From assembly GCA_030141605.1 (NCBI GenBank), contig JAQGDQ010000093.1:186001-250000 (forward strand): 64,000 nucleotides of DNA. Direction: 5' to 3'. The notes under the pieces are model-generated. The model did not search any database. It had not been told where the DNA came from and saw only the letters and a list, made by a program, of their open reading frames with translations. This document shows, piece by piece, positions 24,491 through 38,281 of this stretch (positions within the stretch are counted from its first letter, which is position 1; every line of letters starts with the position of its first letter). The position numbers were made by a program, and so were the translations under genes. The DNA comes from Tubiluchus corallicola. Lineage: Eukaryota > Animalia > Priapulida.

Positions 24491-27400
24491 AGGCGTCTAA
24501 CAGAAAAAATCAAAATAATACCCTAAACCTTTGAATTGCTCAACTTCAGTTCACCATGGTCGCAATCACATGTTTACAATCACTAAATAATGCATAGCTG
24601 CTTGACCGGTAGGATTACAAAATTTTACAGTCTATGTTTTGCATTCGCATCCCACGTTTTTGCTGAATTTTCTAAATTTCACGGGTGGTCTTTATAAACA
24701 GGGACTTCTGCTGTGTTAATCCAATGTTTGTTGAAACAGTCATTCAAAGCTCCGTAGCCGTGTTTTCTTGAAATGATATGCAGACTGCAGGGTAGAATTT
24801 ATTTTGAGTAATTTGAATCTTGCGTTTGAACTCACACGGTGCTGGAATAGCTCGTCTAGCTACTTGTTCTTCATTCAAATATTAATAACCACTAAAGAAA
24901 AGGTCTTTTAGAGGTTGAGTACTTCACAAAGACGCTAAATGCCATTTCAATGTCAAAACTAAAGTGGAAAAAATTTTGCAGTTTACCGATGTATATACAC
25001 AAAAAATTGTGTTTCAAAGAGGGTTGCCATTTTGTATGAAAATTATCACACTTTCTGTTGAATTATCGTATTTTTGCCCAAAATCCAAAATTATTGCACA
25101 CTAGCAGTAATACTATTGTTGTATACTTATAAACTTAATAAGTAATTGTAAAACCAAAAACTAGTGTTAGCAAGAGTAAATTTATCAAAACACAATAAAA
25201 TATTGCTGATTTCTGCTTGTGGAGAGAGAAAGAAGCCATTATCATTCTCATCACGAGCATTCTTTTTTGAAATTACAGTTTTTTCAAGAAGCTGTGACCA
25301 CTAACTGCAACCAACATGCTTCAGACTACAATGAAATTATTTATTTCAGAATGGCTAGCAACAATGTTTGAAATGTCTTCAGTGCACAATTTTTTCAAAC
25401 TTTTGTTTTTGCTTCGTAACTAAATTATCACGTCATTATCGATGATCGGATATTCTCTTTTATTTGTACCGCCTCAAATTATCGTATTACCCTGATTTCA
25501 AATAACCATTCGAAGTCTTTAAAATTCAAAAGTGTTTCATCACCAACAAAATCTCAGCGTGTTGCCATTTTATCTTCCATTTCCTGAAGCTGAACATACA
25601 AATGTGTGCACATTAAATATGTTTTTCAATAGCCAAGGGGAAGTTACTGTTTCAAAGTTTGTACAAAAACACCGCTTGCAAACTGACAGTAATTACTGTT
25701 GTTTTAGCGCCTTAAAAACCGCCGAATGTTGATACCACTTGGAGTTTATAAAAGCGAATTAGGTTATTGGTTTTATAGCGGGTTTTAAATGCAGTCATTA
25801 CTGTCAAAATGTCTTGACCTAGTTGAACCGATTCGAGTCAGTATACAAAGAACACTTGTTACAGTAGCTGTATATATTTGCGTTCCTGGCAGTAAAAACA
25901 CATCAGATTTATTTGGGTTTTTAGATAAACAGTTACAAGTCTTGTTAATGAGTCAGAGAAAACTATACTAGTAATTATACTAAGTATAGTGATAAACAAA
26001 TATTTTGTTTGTGGTAGAAACTAGCCAAGTTTCAGATTTCCACATTAAGGCTAAGATAAGCATTCAAATTCATAAGTTTATTTTGACAGCGCCCTACTAA
26101 TGATTAAGAAGCTAATTAACTGCTATTAGTTCTGACAAAAAGCTGCTGACAATATTGATAATAAACTGTGAGTTTTCCTCTAGCTCTCTAGAAACTCCTA
26201 TACTTAAAGAGAATATGCTAACCAAATCATTTGCATCATTTATTTCAAGCTTAAAATTAAAATAACTTGTGGAATGAGTGATTACACCGCAGCTATTATG
26301 CCTGCGAGGCATATCAGCACAATGTCAAAATGTTCAAAAGTAACAGACGGACATTTTTTATAAATACCTGTACATACCAGTTGTCCAGACAATTACAACA
26401 CTGTGTCTATTGTCAGAAGGCTGTCAGGTACCATAAACGGAACAGGTGTAAGACGATACATGGAAAATAATAATCAGGATGTGTCCTAGAAATCGATTAA
26501 GCAGTGAAATTGCCTCACTTCAAAATGGTGTAGACATTAAGTCATATTTAGGATGGACTGACACTTCTAGTTATTCATATAAAATCTTCATAACATGTCA
26601 GAACTCGTGTACACGTAATAGGATTCTTAAGCTAACTGGAATGCCTCACGGTCAATTGACAAACCAAAAGCGTGAAAAGAAATTAGTTCGATGATGATTA
26701 GTATTGATAATAAAGGTTGTCACAAACTTTGTTTTGTCAACTAATTTTGTGCAGCTGAAAGCAGGTAGTTGAATGATTTTTATTTTTATTTTCATTCCTT
26801 GCGTGTTATTGCAATTGCATTGTCATATGCCTTTTTTGTGTTGTTAATGTTATTTTGGCTTGTTGTGATTTTGTTTTCTTAAAGTATGTAACTGTTGTGA
26901 TTTTTTTATTTGCAATCACGATTCTCTATAAATATTAAAGCCTAGTAGCATCTCATGGAAAGACAAGGAGTAACAGCAGTGATGACAGTATGGTCTTTCC
27001 TTTTCCGATATTTTAATTTTTTATCAAAGTGTCAATTGGGAGAAATGTTAGAATATGTGGTGTCTTTCTAAATTAAATGCTTTGTCTTCTTGTATGTAAA
27101 TAATGTCCGTGCTTTTTCTTTTTGTTGTTGTTGTCAGTGTTTAATATTTATTTTACTTTCACTACTAGTCTACTAATTTCTTTTAATTGAACCACTTATG
27201 TAAGTTAACTGTACACGTGTGTTCGAAAACAAACGATGTTAATAATAATTATTATCTTTGAACATCTTTGTTACTTGTGCATGTGACTGCAAAGAGACAA
27301 TAAATTATTTTAATTCTACAATATTTCTAGTTCTAATCAAACCATTAGGTACAAGATAACAAATATCTAATCGAATCACAGGGCTGTCTTAATGCATGGG

Positions 27401-29549
27401 CACTCTGAGCATTATAATAATAAACTAAAAAAAAGTTCTAGCGACTACCAAAAGCTCAGTAACTGTCTTCAAGCATGCAATATTTTGAGTTTGAATAATA
27501 ACCCAGATAAGGAAAGTTCTACCGACTACCAAAGCTCAGTAACTGTCTTCAAGCAGTAACACGCTAACGCTTGTATACTGAACCATGAACCCAAAGCAAT
27601 GACGACTTTGAAGTGTTTGTTTACAGAAAAGAGTCCAAACAAAACCGTTGCAAGCATATAACATTTCCAGTCAAGTTAGTCTGTCAAATTTAGCTATCAA
27701 ACAAACGAAGCTAATAAACTTATATGTGCTTAGCAGCTCTTCTTAATAACCCCGACCTCGCTTAGTTAGCTGAGCAAACACACTGTAAACCATTGTAAAA
27801 ATGGCTTGGAAGAGGCAGGAATTGATATTTGACTGGTCAGGATACGTGCTTCGCAACAAAAGTTGTGCAGCATCGAATGTGGGTGTAGAACATACAGGAC
27901 TGAAGTTGCTTTTAGAATTTAGATGGTTTCACGTGCCATATATATTTCTGTTTCTCCTACTGAAGGTGGCAGTTTACCGATTTGAATGGCTAAATTACCT
28001 GTATCAATTTACTATCATATTTTAGGGGATAATTCTCGATGAGTTAGAGTTTGATATCACCACAGCGTTCCCACAGAATTTGACATTCATACATATATTG
28101 ATATAATGTGTCGGCCAATCATTATTTTTGGAACAGAAATCGAAACTGGGAGCCTGCCATAAAAAATTTGATTTAAACACGAATTGCTGAAAAATATGAT
28201 TGGAAAAACCTCGTTCACAGTGATTATTTTTGCAATCCATTCCAATTTCCCTGACTTTTCGCCCCATTTTCATCATTTTCCCAAATTATCTTTTTCACTG
28301 ACTTTTCCATGACTTTCCAGGATAGCATTATTAACAGCATGCGCTGCTGGTCAGCGTTGCATTACAGCTAACATTATCCCTTGTTGTACAGCTGATATAA
28401 AAACATTGCACGGATTAACCCAATTTTTCTAGCAGTTTTTGTTCTACAAACTAGCTTTGTAAAAACATCTTACGTTTCGAACAAGTGAAAAGATTGCATA
28501 ACTGAAAGACTGCCAGAGAAGATTCAGACGTTTGTATGATTTGATAACAAGCACTTTACAATATCGAAGACATCAAGTGTATTTTATCATAGTTTATTAG
28601 GTTTATCCATGACAAAAGACTTGCCTGAAGATACTTCTGGCACTGCAGAATTCCAAGATTATCAAGAAATCACAAATTGAAATCAGAAACTTACAAATCC
28701 AATCTTAGACCATAGCTCGAAATAATGTACGGTCTAACATCAACGAACTATTATCTCAGAAGCCTAAGTTCTTTGATTTTTCCTTGTACGCTGTTGACAG
28801 CTATACATTCTTAGATGAGAAACAGGGTCTATTTCTCCGAAAAGCAAAGCAAAAGCATTTACACATATAAAATGCTTATCGAAGCTTTGCCCAATTAATT
28901 ACACACACAGCAAATTGGGATTGATATCAATATCTTAAATCTCAATGTAGAATTTGTACAGAAGCTAATAACTCAAGCTCTTATATCCTAAGTGTGCATG
29001 TAGTAAAATCCAATAATTGGTTATATCCGTGAATTCAGGAAAAATTAACGGCAAAAAACGTCATCTTTCACTTTAATTTGAATTTAGTTTACATACAAAC
29101 ATGATAACTTCTGATGAATGGATATTAAATACATTGCAAAACATTGCATTTATTTTAATTATTTTTTTCTATAAATTTACAGGTTTCTTATGCAGCATGC
29201 TAGAAATGAATAGAACTTGGTTTGTCTGAATAGATATGATACACCGGCAATCCTGAATAGAACTTTCAAACTTAGCGTACAAATAACTAATCGAAATGAT
29301 ACCCCAAACATTGCGAGATTAAAACAAAAATGACCAGCTTAATAATACTTTAATATAGTTAACAGCAGCCAAACTGATTCTAAAACACGTAAGCCTTGCA
29401 AAATCCATAGTACATGTAAATTTTAGCCAATTAACATTGGCGAAACTACAAACATGCACACGCTCAAGAACTTATAATACTCAAGAATTAGTATTTACGC
29501 TACATGATACAGTCGATTAAAAAACTAGGTCCTATACGAAATTGTGTCA

Positions 29550-29850
29550 TTGCTTTTTTACCATTACGTTTACTTCCTGTAGCAATTCTCGATGTCACAC
29601 TTTGCACTGATTAACTCTTTTGATAGTGCAACGGTTATTTCACTACTTTCCTTTTGCTACTCCACCTGTTATGCTTTTAAAACGTTAGAAAAATGAAAAA
29701 CGATCAGAAATGTCGACTTTGCCTGTTTCTGGCAAGCATGCGCTGTTGCTCATGCGATCCCTGCGCCATCTACTACGCGATACCTAACAAAAAAAGTTTT
29801 GCTTAGAGCGCTAAAAGTAGTTACGATGATTGTTTCTACTTTCCTGTTCA
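29550..29850. promoter_or_regulatory. Candidate Csk promoter / first-exon region
   Basis: Local CpG enrichment, GCGCCATCTA motif, ETS-like ACTTCCTG and a possible - strand donor near 29560. Inference only. Confidence 0.25.
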
Positions 29851-29963
29851 TATAGTGATAACAACATTAAATTATAATATTATAATTTGCAGATCAATGT
29901 ATTTTAACTTACTAGTTTATTTCTGTTAAGTTTTCTTTAAATTATTTTTTATTTTGTATGTAG

Positions 29964-30106
29964 ACACCTGAAACGTAACTGGGTTTGGTTTTCAAGAACT
30001 CCAGCAGCCAAGATAAAGAAGGAACAGGAAACAGACGAGAATAGTAAACGTTCTGCAGTGCTGCTACCTGGCAAGAAGACACATCGTTATGTGGAGAGTA
30101 AAAACG
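29964..30106 (+). CDS. GTF3C1: GTF3C1 (TFIIIC220) internal exon, first visible in window
   Basis: tgtag| acceptor, phase-2 start, HLKRNWVWFSRT... matches HLKRNWIW recalled from vertebrate GTF3C1; G|gtaa donor. Confidence 0.85.
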
Positions 30107-31070
30107 GTAAAGATGGACTTTCCTAATTGCTGAGGGAGTTCCTCGTTCCTAATTGTTGTTGTCTTATCATTGCTGGTTATTATTAAATGAGAACAAAGGC
30201 AATTTTAAGGTATGTCGCAAAAAACTTTCCACACAAAGTTATATTGCCTAGTACAATGCTTATATACCTACGTGAAAGACTTGTGTAATTAGAAAATAAA
30301 ATTTTGAGTTATTTAAAATGTTCGCACCAACTAGTAAAATGTCGCTGATTCACCTTCCCAGTATGCACTGTGCTGACTTATTTTTAATCTTGTTGACAAA
30401 ATAATGTAATTTATTGTTACTTAGTGAAATGTGTGTCATAAATGCTCTGATTAGTTTTTCAAACTTTGCACAGCCTTTTTTAAACTCGTTTCAAATGACC
30501 TACCACTGGCTGTATGGCTGCTTCTAACAGTTATCGTGGGAGTTTAAATTTACGAATTTTATAAAGCATTACTGTTAACGCAAGCTCTCTATGCAATAAG
30601 ACAACATGTAAGTGATACAAAAGTGTGAGAGAAATGTTTAAGCTTTATTTGTGAAGAGTGTTTTCTTGTGTATTAAGTACTAATTATATGATCACACATA
30701 CAAGCTACAATGCTTTGTTTTTCCTTTCTTTACTTCCCACTGATCCTGCGAAATGGCCTGAACTGCTTTGTTAAGCTTTCAGTTTTATTTTTACCTAGTT
30801 CATCTATTATCAGCCTAAGAAGTGTGAGGATTAAACATCTTTGGGCTTTAAATCATTCTCCAAACGATCGCAAAAATTGCAAAACGCCCGACCTGAGTCT
30901 TCGAGAATTGTCTAGCTAGTGCATTGGCATAAGAATTTGTAACAAAATTACTTTTTTAAACGGTCTGAAACTTAACAAACAGGCCTTACTAGTAGCCTAG
31001 TACAAACACTCTGTTTTTGAACAATTAATTTTGCTTCTTGTGTCAGTCTTTTTATGCCTAGTATACATGA

Positions 31071-31530
31071 AGGGCCGGATTATGACCTTTTTGGGCCCAA
31101 GGGTAATAAAATTATGGGCGCCCTTTCAGACGGAGCCACCCTCTAACTCCCTTGCACCCCCTCAGATGGAGCCACCCTCCAACTCCCTCGCACCCCCTCA
31201 CATGGAGCAACCCTCTAACTCTCTTGCAGCCCCTCATATGGAACCACCCTCTAACTCCCTCACACCCCCTCAGATGGAGGCACCCTCTAACTCGCCTGTA
31301 CCCGTCTTGAATATATTTTACTCGTGATATATTTTAGCAAGATTTACATAGCTTGAAGTAAAACTTATTGCAATTTCTTTAAATAAACTAGAGTAGCCAT
31401 CTTTTGTTTGTCACTAAACTATTCTTTAACAAACTATTTATGAAAAAGTAATTTTTTTAAACCAATTGTTACCAAAGCTTGAGGGGCACTAGGCTGCTCC
31501 CTATAGTAACCTATAGTATAATCTAGTCCT
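31071..31530. mobile_element. TIR element (AGGGCCGGATTAT...ATAATCTAGTCCT) with internal 36-bp tandem repeat x5
   Basis: Imperfect TIRs; unit gcaccccctcagatggagccaccctctaactccct at about 31117-31295. Confidence 0.65.
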
Positions 31531-31631
31531 GCACGTATGAACAAAAATGCAAACTTGTTATAAGTTATCAGAATTAGGTTTTGATTACTGAACTTTTTAT
31601 TATTGAGTTTATTGTATAAATTATTGCTTAG

Positions 31632-31754
31632 ACAATGATGGACACCCCGATCCCAAGCGACGACTTGCTCGGTTGCAGGATAGCAGGCTCAAACTATTGG
31701 AACCTCAGCAGACCTTGGTACCAGGTGTAAAGGATGACAACATTTTACATACAG
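31632..31754 (+). CDS. GTF3C1: GTF3C1 exon
   Basis: AG/GT ends, phase 1-1, open frame DNDGHPDPKRRLARLQ...ILHT. Confidence 0.75.
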
Positions 31755-31847
31755 GTAGGCTACTCTCCTTACAAACATACAACATTTACTGCTTTGCTGT
31801 AAGAAAAGTAATTTGAGATCTTTGTTTTTCAACATGGTGATCAGAAC

Positions 31848-32213
31848 TAGGGGTGAGCATTCTCTACCAGAAAGCGAATTCGAATTGAACCGAACCTAAC
31901 AGTAGCTCTAATTTGAATTGAGAGTGAAAGATTTTCGAACATGTTTTCGAACCATCAGTAAAAATTAATCTTACACAGATTATGCATATTACTCGATTTT
32001 GTTCTGCACTAAAACCACTAATATTTTGTTTAAAATTCTGCACAGAAACTGCAGCTAAATTGTGCTAACGGCATGATGTTTCAATCGTTTTAATGATAAA
32101 GAACGTATGTGATTGAAGCGCTGAATTATTCGAATCTATAGTTTTAGGTTCAGATTGCATTCGAACTAAAAAAACTCGTTCGAATCGAATTGAACGTTCG
32201 ATGCTCACCCCTA
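31848..32213. mobile_element. hAT-type MITE family B
   Basis: TIRs; TSD atcagaac/accagagc. Confidence 0.85.
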
Positions 32214-32924
32214 ACCAGAGCTAGAGAGAATGGTACTAATGAGTGTTGGAATTAATATTTCTATTCATACGTTTATAGAATTATTTTCAAAAATTTATAC
32301 TTCCGAAACACTGTTTCCATGCTTGCTTAGAGTTGCCTACTAGAAAACACAACAATACATTACTTAAAGAAAGACAGGATGATTTTTCATATACCACCCC
32401 ATTTTCAAGTCTGATAAAAAGTATACATTTTAACACTATTAAGACTGCAAAAGCTGATAATTAAATGATAGGTCAAAAACTTTATTAACGCTGGGCAAAC
32501 GCAACTATTGATGACATTGCAAACTAACATAATTTTCAACAGTAAAAACATTCCACAGGCATGTTGCATGGTTTGTGAAAGCGAAAATTGAAATACAGTG
32601 CTACTGTAAGATATTTAGTGTGTTGTACTACAACTAGGCAAGTTTCAAGATAAAAATTCAAATTCAAATTTACTGCTGTACTAGCGCATGAGCTGTCGAA
32701 TGTGCGTAGTTCGCTACAAACTAACATATCTGAACTGAGAGGTACAGCACCTATTTCTTGTGTAATGCTTTTCCAAAATACAGGCGCTAGTGCCCATCTA
32801 ACAAGCTAATGGTGAAATGCATGTAACAGCAAAGAATAGTGACACAAATGCAAAATTGTGTGTGTATGGTAATAATTCTTTCACGTAAGTCATTTTTGAA
32901 AAATTAGTGTGTTTCCTTTCAATA

Positions 32925-33898
32925 CAGTCAACCTCGGATACAGTGGACTCTCGTTACAAGAATCACACGTATAAGAATCAGCTCGATATAAGAATCAAAA
33001 TCGCGTTTCCCGAATTGAATCAGCATTTTCCTAGTGAAAATCCGCTCGTATAAGAATCACCCTTCTTTCGATAGTAGAATCAATTTTGGCGCCAACTCCA
33101 TTGTCTCTCACGCCCTGCTTACAAGGTTCTGCGCAGTGGGCGTGGCGGAAAAAAATTACGTGCATTAAAAAAATTTTAAGGCAATTCTGGCATCATGAAA
33201 TATTTACCCAACCATGAAATAAAAACATTAGTCTAGGAATTTTTAGGTCCTTTTTAGGCCAGAAAAACATTATGCTGTTTCATGTCGTTTCTAGCGTAAT
33301 TTCGGGAAATAAATAATTTTTATGTGCATAAAAAAATGTTAAAGCAATTCTGTGTCATGCTCGTTATAAGAATCGCTCGTTATAAGAATCACTTTGCCTT
33401 GTCCCGAGGTGATTCTTATAACCAGAGTCCACTGTATAAGGGACACCTCGGGACTGGAGAAAAGCATCCCTTATATCCGATGTCCCTTATAGCCAAAGTT
33501 GAGTCAAACCAAGGGTGTATCTAGACCTATACTTTTCTGTACTTTTACCCATATTTTTATGGATTTCTGCTACACATTCAGTGCAAACAGTGTGTAGGAA
33601 GCTCCTTCGGTGATGCAAGAGTTATGTGATAGTGGAAACCGACCTGTTCGAAGGCCGAGTTTGCGAAAAATTGAGGTAAAAAATCCATCAATTTCGCTTT
33701 GATCATAGGGTCCCTTATATGTGAGGTAATTTACTTGGGTTCCTATTACGCGGGATTTGAAGATATCGTCCTTTATAACCGAAAGTCCATTATATCCGAG
33801 TACCTTATATACGAACATTATATACGACCCATTATGAAAAATCGGGACCGATGTTGGTGGTCCCTTATAAGCGAGCACCTTATACCCGAGGTTCACTG
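32925..33898. mobile_element. pogo/Tc1-mariner-type MITE (outer)
   Basis: TA|CAGTCAACCTCGG ... CCGAGGTTCACTG|TA. Confidence 0.85.
32941..33434. mobile_element. pogo/Tc1-mariner-type MITE (inner)
   Basis: TA|CAGTGGACTCTCGTTACAAGAATCAC ... GTGATTCTTATAACCAGAGTCCACTG|TA; repeated TATAAGAATC subterminal motifs. Confidence 0.9.
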
Positions 33899-34105
33899 TA
33901 TGTTTAAACAGTAGATTGTTTTGCATCTGTGGTTTAAGATTGGGTCAGATTTTGCTTTAAGCTGTTAATTAGATTTAGAATTTCAAACGCATTGTATGAG
34001 CCGCACCAAGAATTTGAGTTTCATGCTTATCACAAAATAAAATTTATAATGAGCAGATAGAAACCATTGAAAGACTTTATCTTCAATTTATTTTTTCTGT
34101 TTTAG

Positions 34106-34201
34106 ACCACATGCCATCGCCCGAGGTGGCACCAAGGTCTAAAGGAAAAGGCAATAAGGGTGGCAAGGGAATGCCACGACGGAAATACGGAATCAGTTTT
34201 G
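34106..34201 (+). CDS. GTF3C1: GTF3C1 exon
   Basis: tttag|...G|gtaag, phase 1-1, DHMPSPEVAPRSKGKG... Confidence 0.78.
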
Positions 34202-35420
34202 GTAAGAGGTTACAGCTGTTTGTTTTGTCGATCATAATTAAATTTAAACTTGATAAACCTAGTTGCTTAATTATTTTATCAGTTATAACTGTGTGGTGAC
34301 TTTGATCCTACTAACTACTTCAGGACAGCACCACTCAAAATAGGTCTTATGAGTTTCAAGTTACTGTATGAGCACAGACATAACTAAATGATTACAAATT
34401 AGGTACTGTTCTATTCAGGAGAACATCGGCTATCCAAATGTGCTAATTGTTTAAACATTTATAATAATTTAGTCAGATAAAATTAAGAGAAACCTGCACG
34501 TTTCAGGCACTCCAACTTAGCCTATTGAGTAGCTTAGTCTGGTGTACACTTGCGTGATCCTACACACCATTTTATTGATCGCCCGCTTACTACAGCCCAA
34601 GTGAACTCTCTGTTGTACAGAGTTCCAGGCAAAACTAATTGATCAACCAAGGACAAATTAAGGCGTCTGATCTTTTAAGAGAAATTTCTCCTTAAAAAGA
34701 GAGTAGATTTGAGGCCAAAGTATATCAGAGTGTTGTGTCTGGAGAGTTGAGATTTTCTGCATTAGCCGATAAAACACAATCGATACTGAACATTGTTACA
34801 GTGCAAACGCTGCAGTTACTGAAATCTTTTTTTTAAGTTTTTCATCAAAAATCGATTTTTAATTACGGTAAACAAAGCATTTGATATATAATTTTGTATG
34901 AAAACCCATTGTGTGAGGAGTAGAATTATGACAAATTGCTGCTTAGTTAGAGCAATTTTTCATGAACCCATGCAAAATGCAGCGAATGCTTATGGTCCTG
35001 AAAGAGTTGATGTTCAGAATTTCAAATTAAACGTTGCCACTTGATTCAAATGTTGTAAGATTTATTGTTGTGAATGTGTGTAACTTGGATGAGTGTAATT
35101 GTCACGTGATTGAGAAACATAACTGCATTGTTTGCATGATTCCCATTGGCAAGAGCCTTTAGGCTACTTGAGACTGTGTTAAACTGCAGCAAGATCAAAA
35201 TGAAGTGCAGACCAGCTTGGCACCGATTCAGGAAATTTAATCAATCAGAAGATTCACGGACGAGCCATTGATTAAGTTCTTTAGTAATCTTCAGTAAGCT
35301 GACAGCACTAAAGCTTCAGTTCTACATCCTGATGCACATGGTAATGATGAGGATGGCAATGCTGATGATCATAATGATAATCGATGTAATGCCTTTATTT
35401 CATTTTCATTTTCATTTTAG

Positions 35421-35587
35421 AAGATGCCCGAGTTTTGCCCAAGGGTCGCAAGCCAAAGCCAAAGAAAGCGATCTTAAAAGTTCAGCAGAAAAAGAAAAAG
35501 CCGAAGAATCTCGATGCTCGAGATAAAGCAGCTCTGAAGTTGATGACGAGTCTCAGAGTTCTTTGGAGTTCGCAAGAGGACAGCATG
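35421..35587 (+). CDS. GTF3C1: GTF3C1 exon
   Basis: DARDKAALKLMTSLRVLWSSQEDSM resembles recalled [25 protein letters not shown]. Confidence 0.9.
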
Positions 35588-35677
35588 GTCAGTGAGAAAA
35601 CGTTATAAACATTGTTTTGTGTTTGCTCTGTACATTGGGCTCAATTATCTCAAAGTTACTTTAAACTCTTGTATAAA

Positions 35678-35890
35678 AACAGCAGCAACAGCAACAGCAA
35701 CAACAACAACAACAGCAGCAGCAGCAGCAACAACAACAACAGCAACAACAATAACAACAACAACAGCAGCAGCAACAAAAACAACAACAACAGCAACAAC
35801 AACAGCAGCAACAACAACAACAACAGCAGCAGCAACAACAACAACAGCAGCAGCAGCAGGAACAGCAACGGTAGTAGTGGCAGTAGTGTG
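35678..35890. repeat. (CAA/CAG)n microsatellite, intronic
   Basis: Directly visible; source of several spurious homopolymer ORFs. Confidence 0.95.
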
Positions 35891-35959
35891 AGCAATCAAC
35901 AGTAGTGATAGTGTCATTATACAGACAGCATTTAGAGAAAGTTGCTTTATATGTTACAG

Positions 35960-36058
35960 CTGCTACTCTGCCGAGTGACATCCTCGTTTCTTGACAACCG
36001 TGCGACAATGATTGTGCCATCTAAAGTTCTACGGGACATCTTACATGAAAACTTAGAG
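35960..36058 (+). CDS. GTF3C1: GTF3C1 exon
   Basis: LLLCRVTSSFL...VLRDILHENLE, AG/GT, phase 0-0. Confidence 0.9.
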
Positions 36059-36144
36059 GTAACATTAGAGACATTTTTCCTCATTGACTCTCTTATTCAC
36101 TCTCTCTCACACATTCTCTCCTCATAATATCATTGTTATTCTAG

Positions 36145-36258
36145 GCTTCTCGGAACAAGACGTCCGCTGCGTGTCGCCGACGTCTCACGTACATCATGAA
36201 GAACAAACAGACGGTTTACAACGTCTCCGTTTTCGTTAACGAGGCGCTTGGAGACAAG
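36145..36258 (+). CDS. GTF3C1: GTF3C1 exon
   Basis: SRNKTSAACRRRLTYIMKN...EALGDK resembles recalled DKTSHSVGRRARYIVKN...QDK. Confidence 0.9.
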
Positions 36259-36951
36259 GTATTGACACTGTTACTATACTGCTCACGGATTTTGAGTTGC
36301 TGATTTAGAATTTGTAATGATATTAAAGTAACTTACAACAAATTTATAAGAAAGTTGTTTTCTCTGCCTTACGATTGTAGTGCCAAGACAAATGTGCTTT
36401 GATTTGAATATTGTATATTTTGATGTTTTAATAAGAAAAAGTATACTCTTTTATGATGAGAGTCAAAAAATGCCACAATGATTTTATATGTAATGGTATT
36501 TAAAATTCTGATGTCTAAATTGCACAATAGATGGTGGCACGTTCTACACAATACAAACTATTATAATTCATGAATATTTGCTAATAACCATTGTATTTTA
36601 TTTTTTTTAATTTCCACTAATCCTTACATTTTGTTATGTATATAAGTTCTATGTAAATTACTTTTTATGTAAATTTTATGTGTACATATATTACGTGTTC
36701 GGTGAACTTTTAGTTTGAAATAAATTTTACTTACTTACTTAGAATTTGATCGATTTTAACTCGTTCAATTTTGAAATCATTAAATAATTTGAACACGAGA
36801 TATTATACTAGAAATATTAGACTTTGGTAGAACAAATGTAGTAAATGTTTTAAATTTTTTCGATAGTAATGAAGAAATTGAAGGTAAAACTTGTGTGGTA
36901 AGACCAGAAAGTGCTTCACCGGGTCCAAAATGTGTTTTTATACTTTAACAG

Positions 36952-37055
36952 GAACTGATGAGCCGGTTCAAGATGCGGAAAATCAACATCACACAGGAAG
37001 AGGAGAATACGAAATTGTTTAGAGCGGCATTTGACTGTCTTCGGGAGAAGTTTAG
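36952..37055 (+). CDS. GTF3C1: GTF3C1 exon
   Basis: ELMSRF...LREKFS, phase 0-2. Confidence 0.85.
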
Positions 37056-37080
37056 GTTTGTAGCCATTGTTTAGTTTGAT

Positions 37081-37380
<300 letters not shown>

Positions 37381-37475
37381 CATCATGTTACGCTTTTAAA
37401 TTTTCTAGATGACAACAAGAACTTGCTTATACTCGTGGTATTAATGCATTATATGTATAAGTGCTTCCTTTTCAG

Positions 37476-37644
37476 CAATATGGACAATACTCCCGGACTG
37501 GACTTGCCAGACACCTTGGAAGCACTACACAAACGTTACAATATCATCACCTGTGGCAGCAGCATGTACCGTGAAACTGCGACTAGTCGACTGACGAAAA
37601 GCATCGAAGATATACACTATTTTGTTCTACACAATGTTATACAC
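37476..37644 (+). CDS. GTF3C1: GTF3C1 exon
   Basis: LDLPDTLEALHKRY...SIEDIHYFVLHNVIH, phase 2-0. Confidence 0.9.
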
Positions 37645-37685
37645 GTGAGTTTATTTTGCAAGTCTATGTGTGCTTGCATAGCAAA

Positions 37686-38281
37686 ATCGTCCCCAAGTCT
37701 GTAGTTAAGTGTTTCATGTATCCCGAATCTCTATTTCATGAGGATCATTTTCATACCAAATTCATCGCTCTGTGTTATTTCTAAGCTGAGATATCCACAT
37801 TGAAGTTGGGGTGCAGGCTGCACACCGAAAAACGTAACCTTGAGAAAATCGGTTTAAGTTCTGCCATCGTTTTTTGTCACATTTCTACGAAACACTTAGT
37901 AACCTCACAAATGTTGGTTGCTACATACTTTGCAAAAACACCTTGAAGTTATGTTTAAATCCAGTAGACGGCTCTTCCAGATGAAGATCTGGGCTTGGCA
38001 ACAGAAAAAACTTGAAGCAAAATGACAGCTTCCAGGAGCTCCTATCAGAGTTTGAAAATACCAGTTTTTCACAATTGCAGTACTAATTTCTAACACAAAA
38101 AATGGGTACAGAATTATAAAATAAATTTTTTTTGAACATTTTCTTGATAATTTGATGGTAGAATATAAAAGTCTGACATTTTTAGCATTTATTTTTGTAA
38201 TGAACAAAAATTTCAAATTTGACCTAATTTTTACTGCATTCTACTTTGAAGCATCATCAGGTATGTCGACTTATGGATGGT
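37686..38281 (-). mobile_element. MITE family A copy (inverted)
   Basis: Reverse complement of 4593-5206. Confidence 0.8.

Larger units (their letters stand above)
32368..33956. mobile_element. Kolobok-type MITE (family E) interrupted by two nested elements
   Basis: TTAA at both ends; 32368-32924 plus 33901-33956 rejoin to match 2678-3135. Confidence 0.7.

Noticed and set aside
31031-31327. Pro/Ser-rich repeat ORF as a GTF3C1 exon
   Set aside because: Comes from a 36-bp array inside a TIR element; flanking exons already join in phase.
35592-36020. Poly-Cys, -Leu, -Asn and -Thr ORFs (similar cases at 12900, 37067, 50443)
   Set aside because: Translations of microsatellites.
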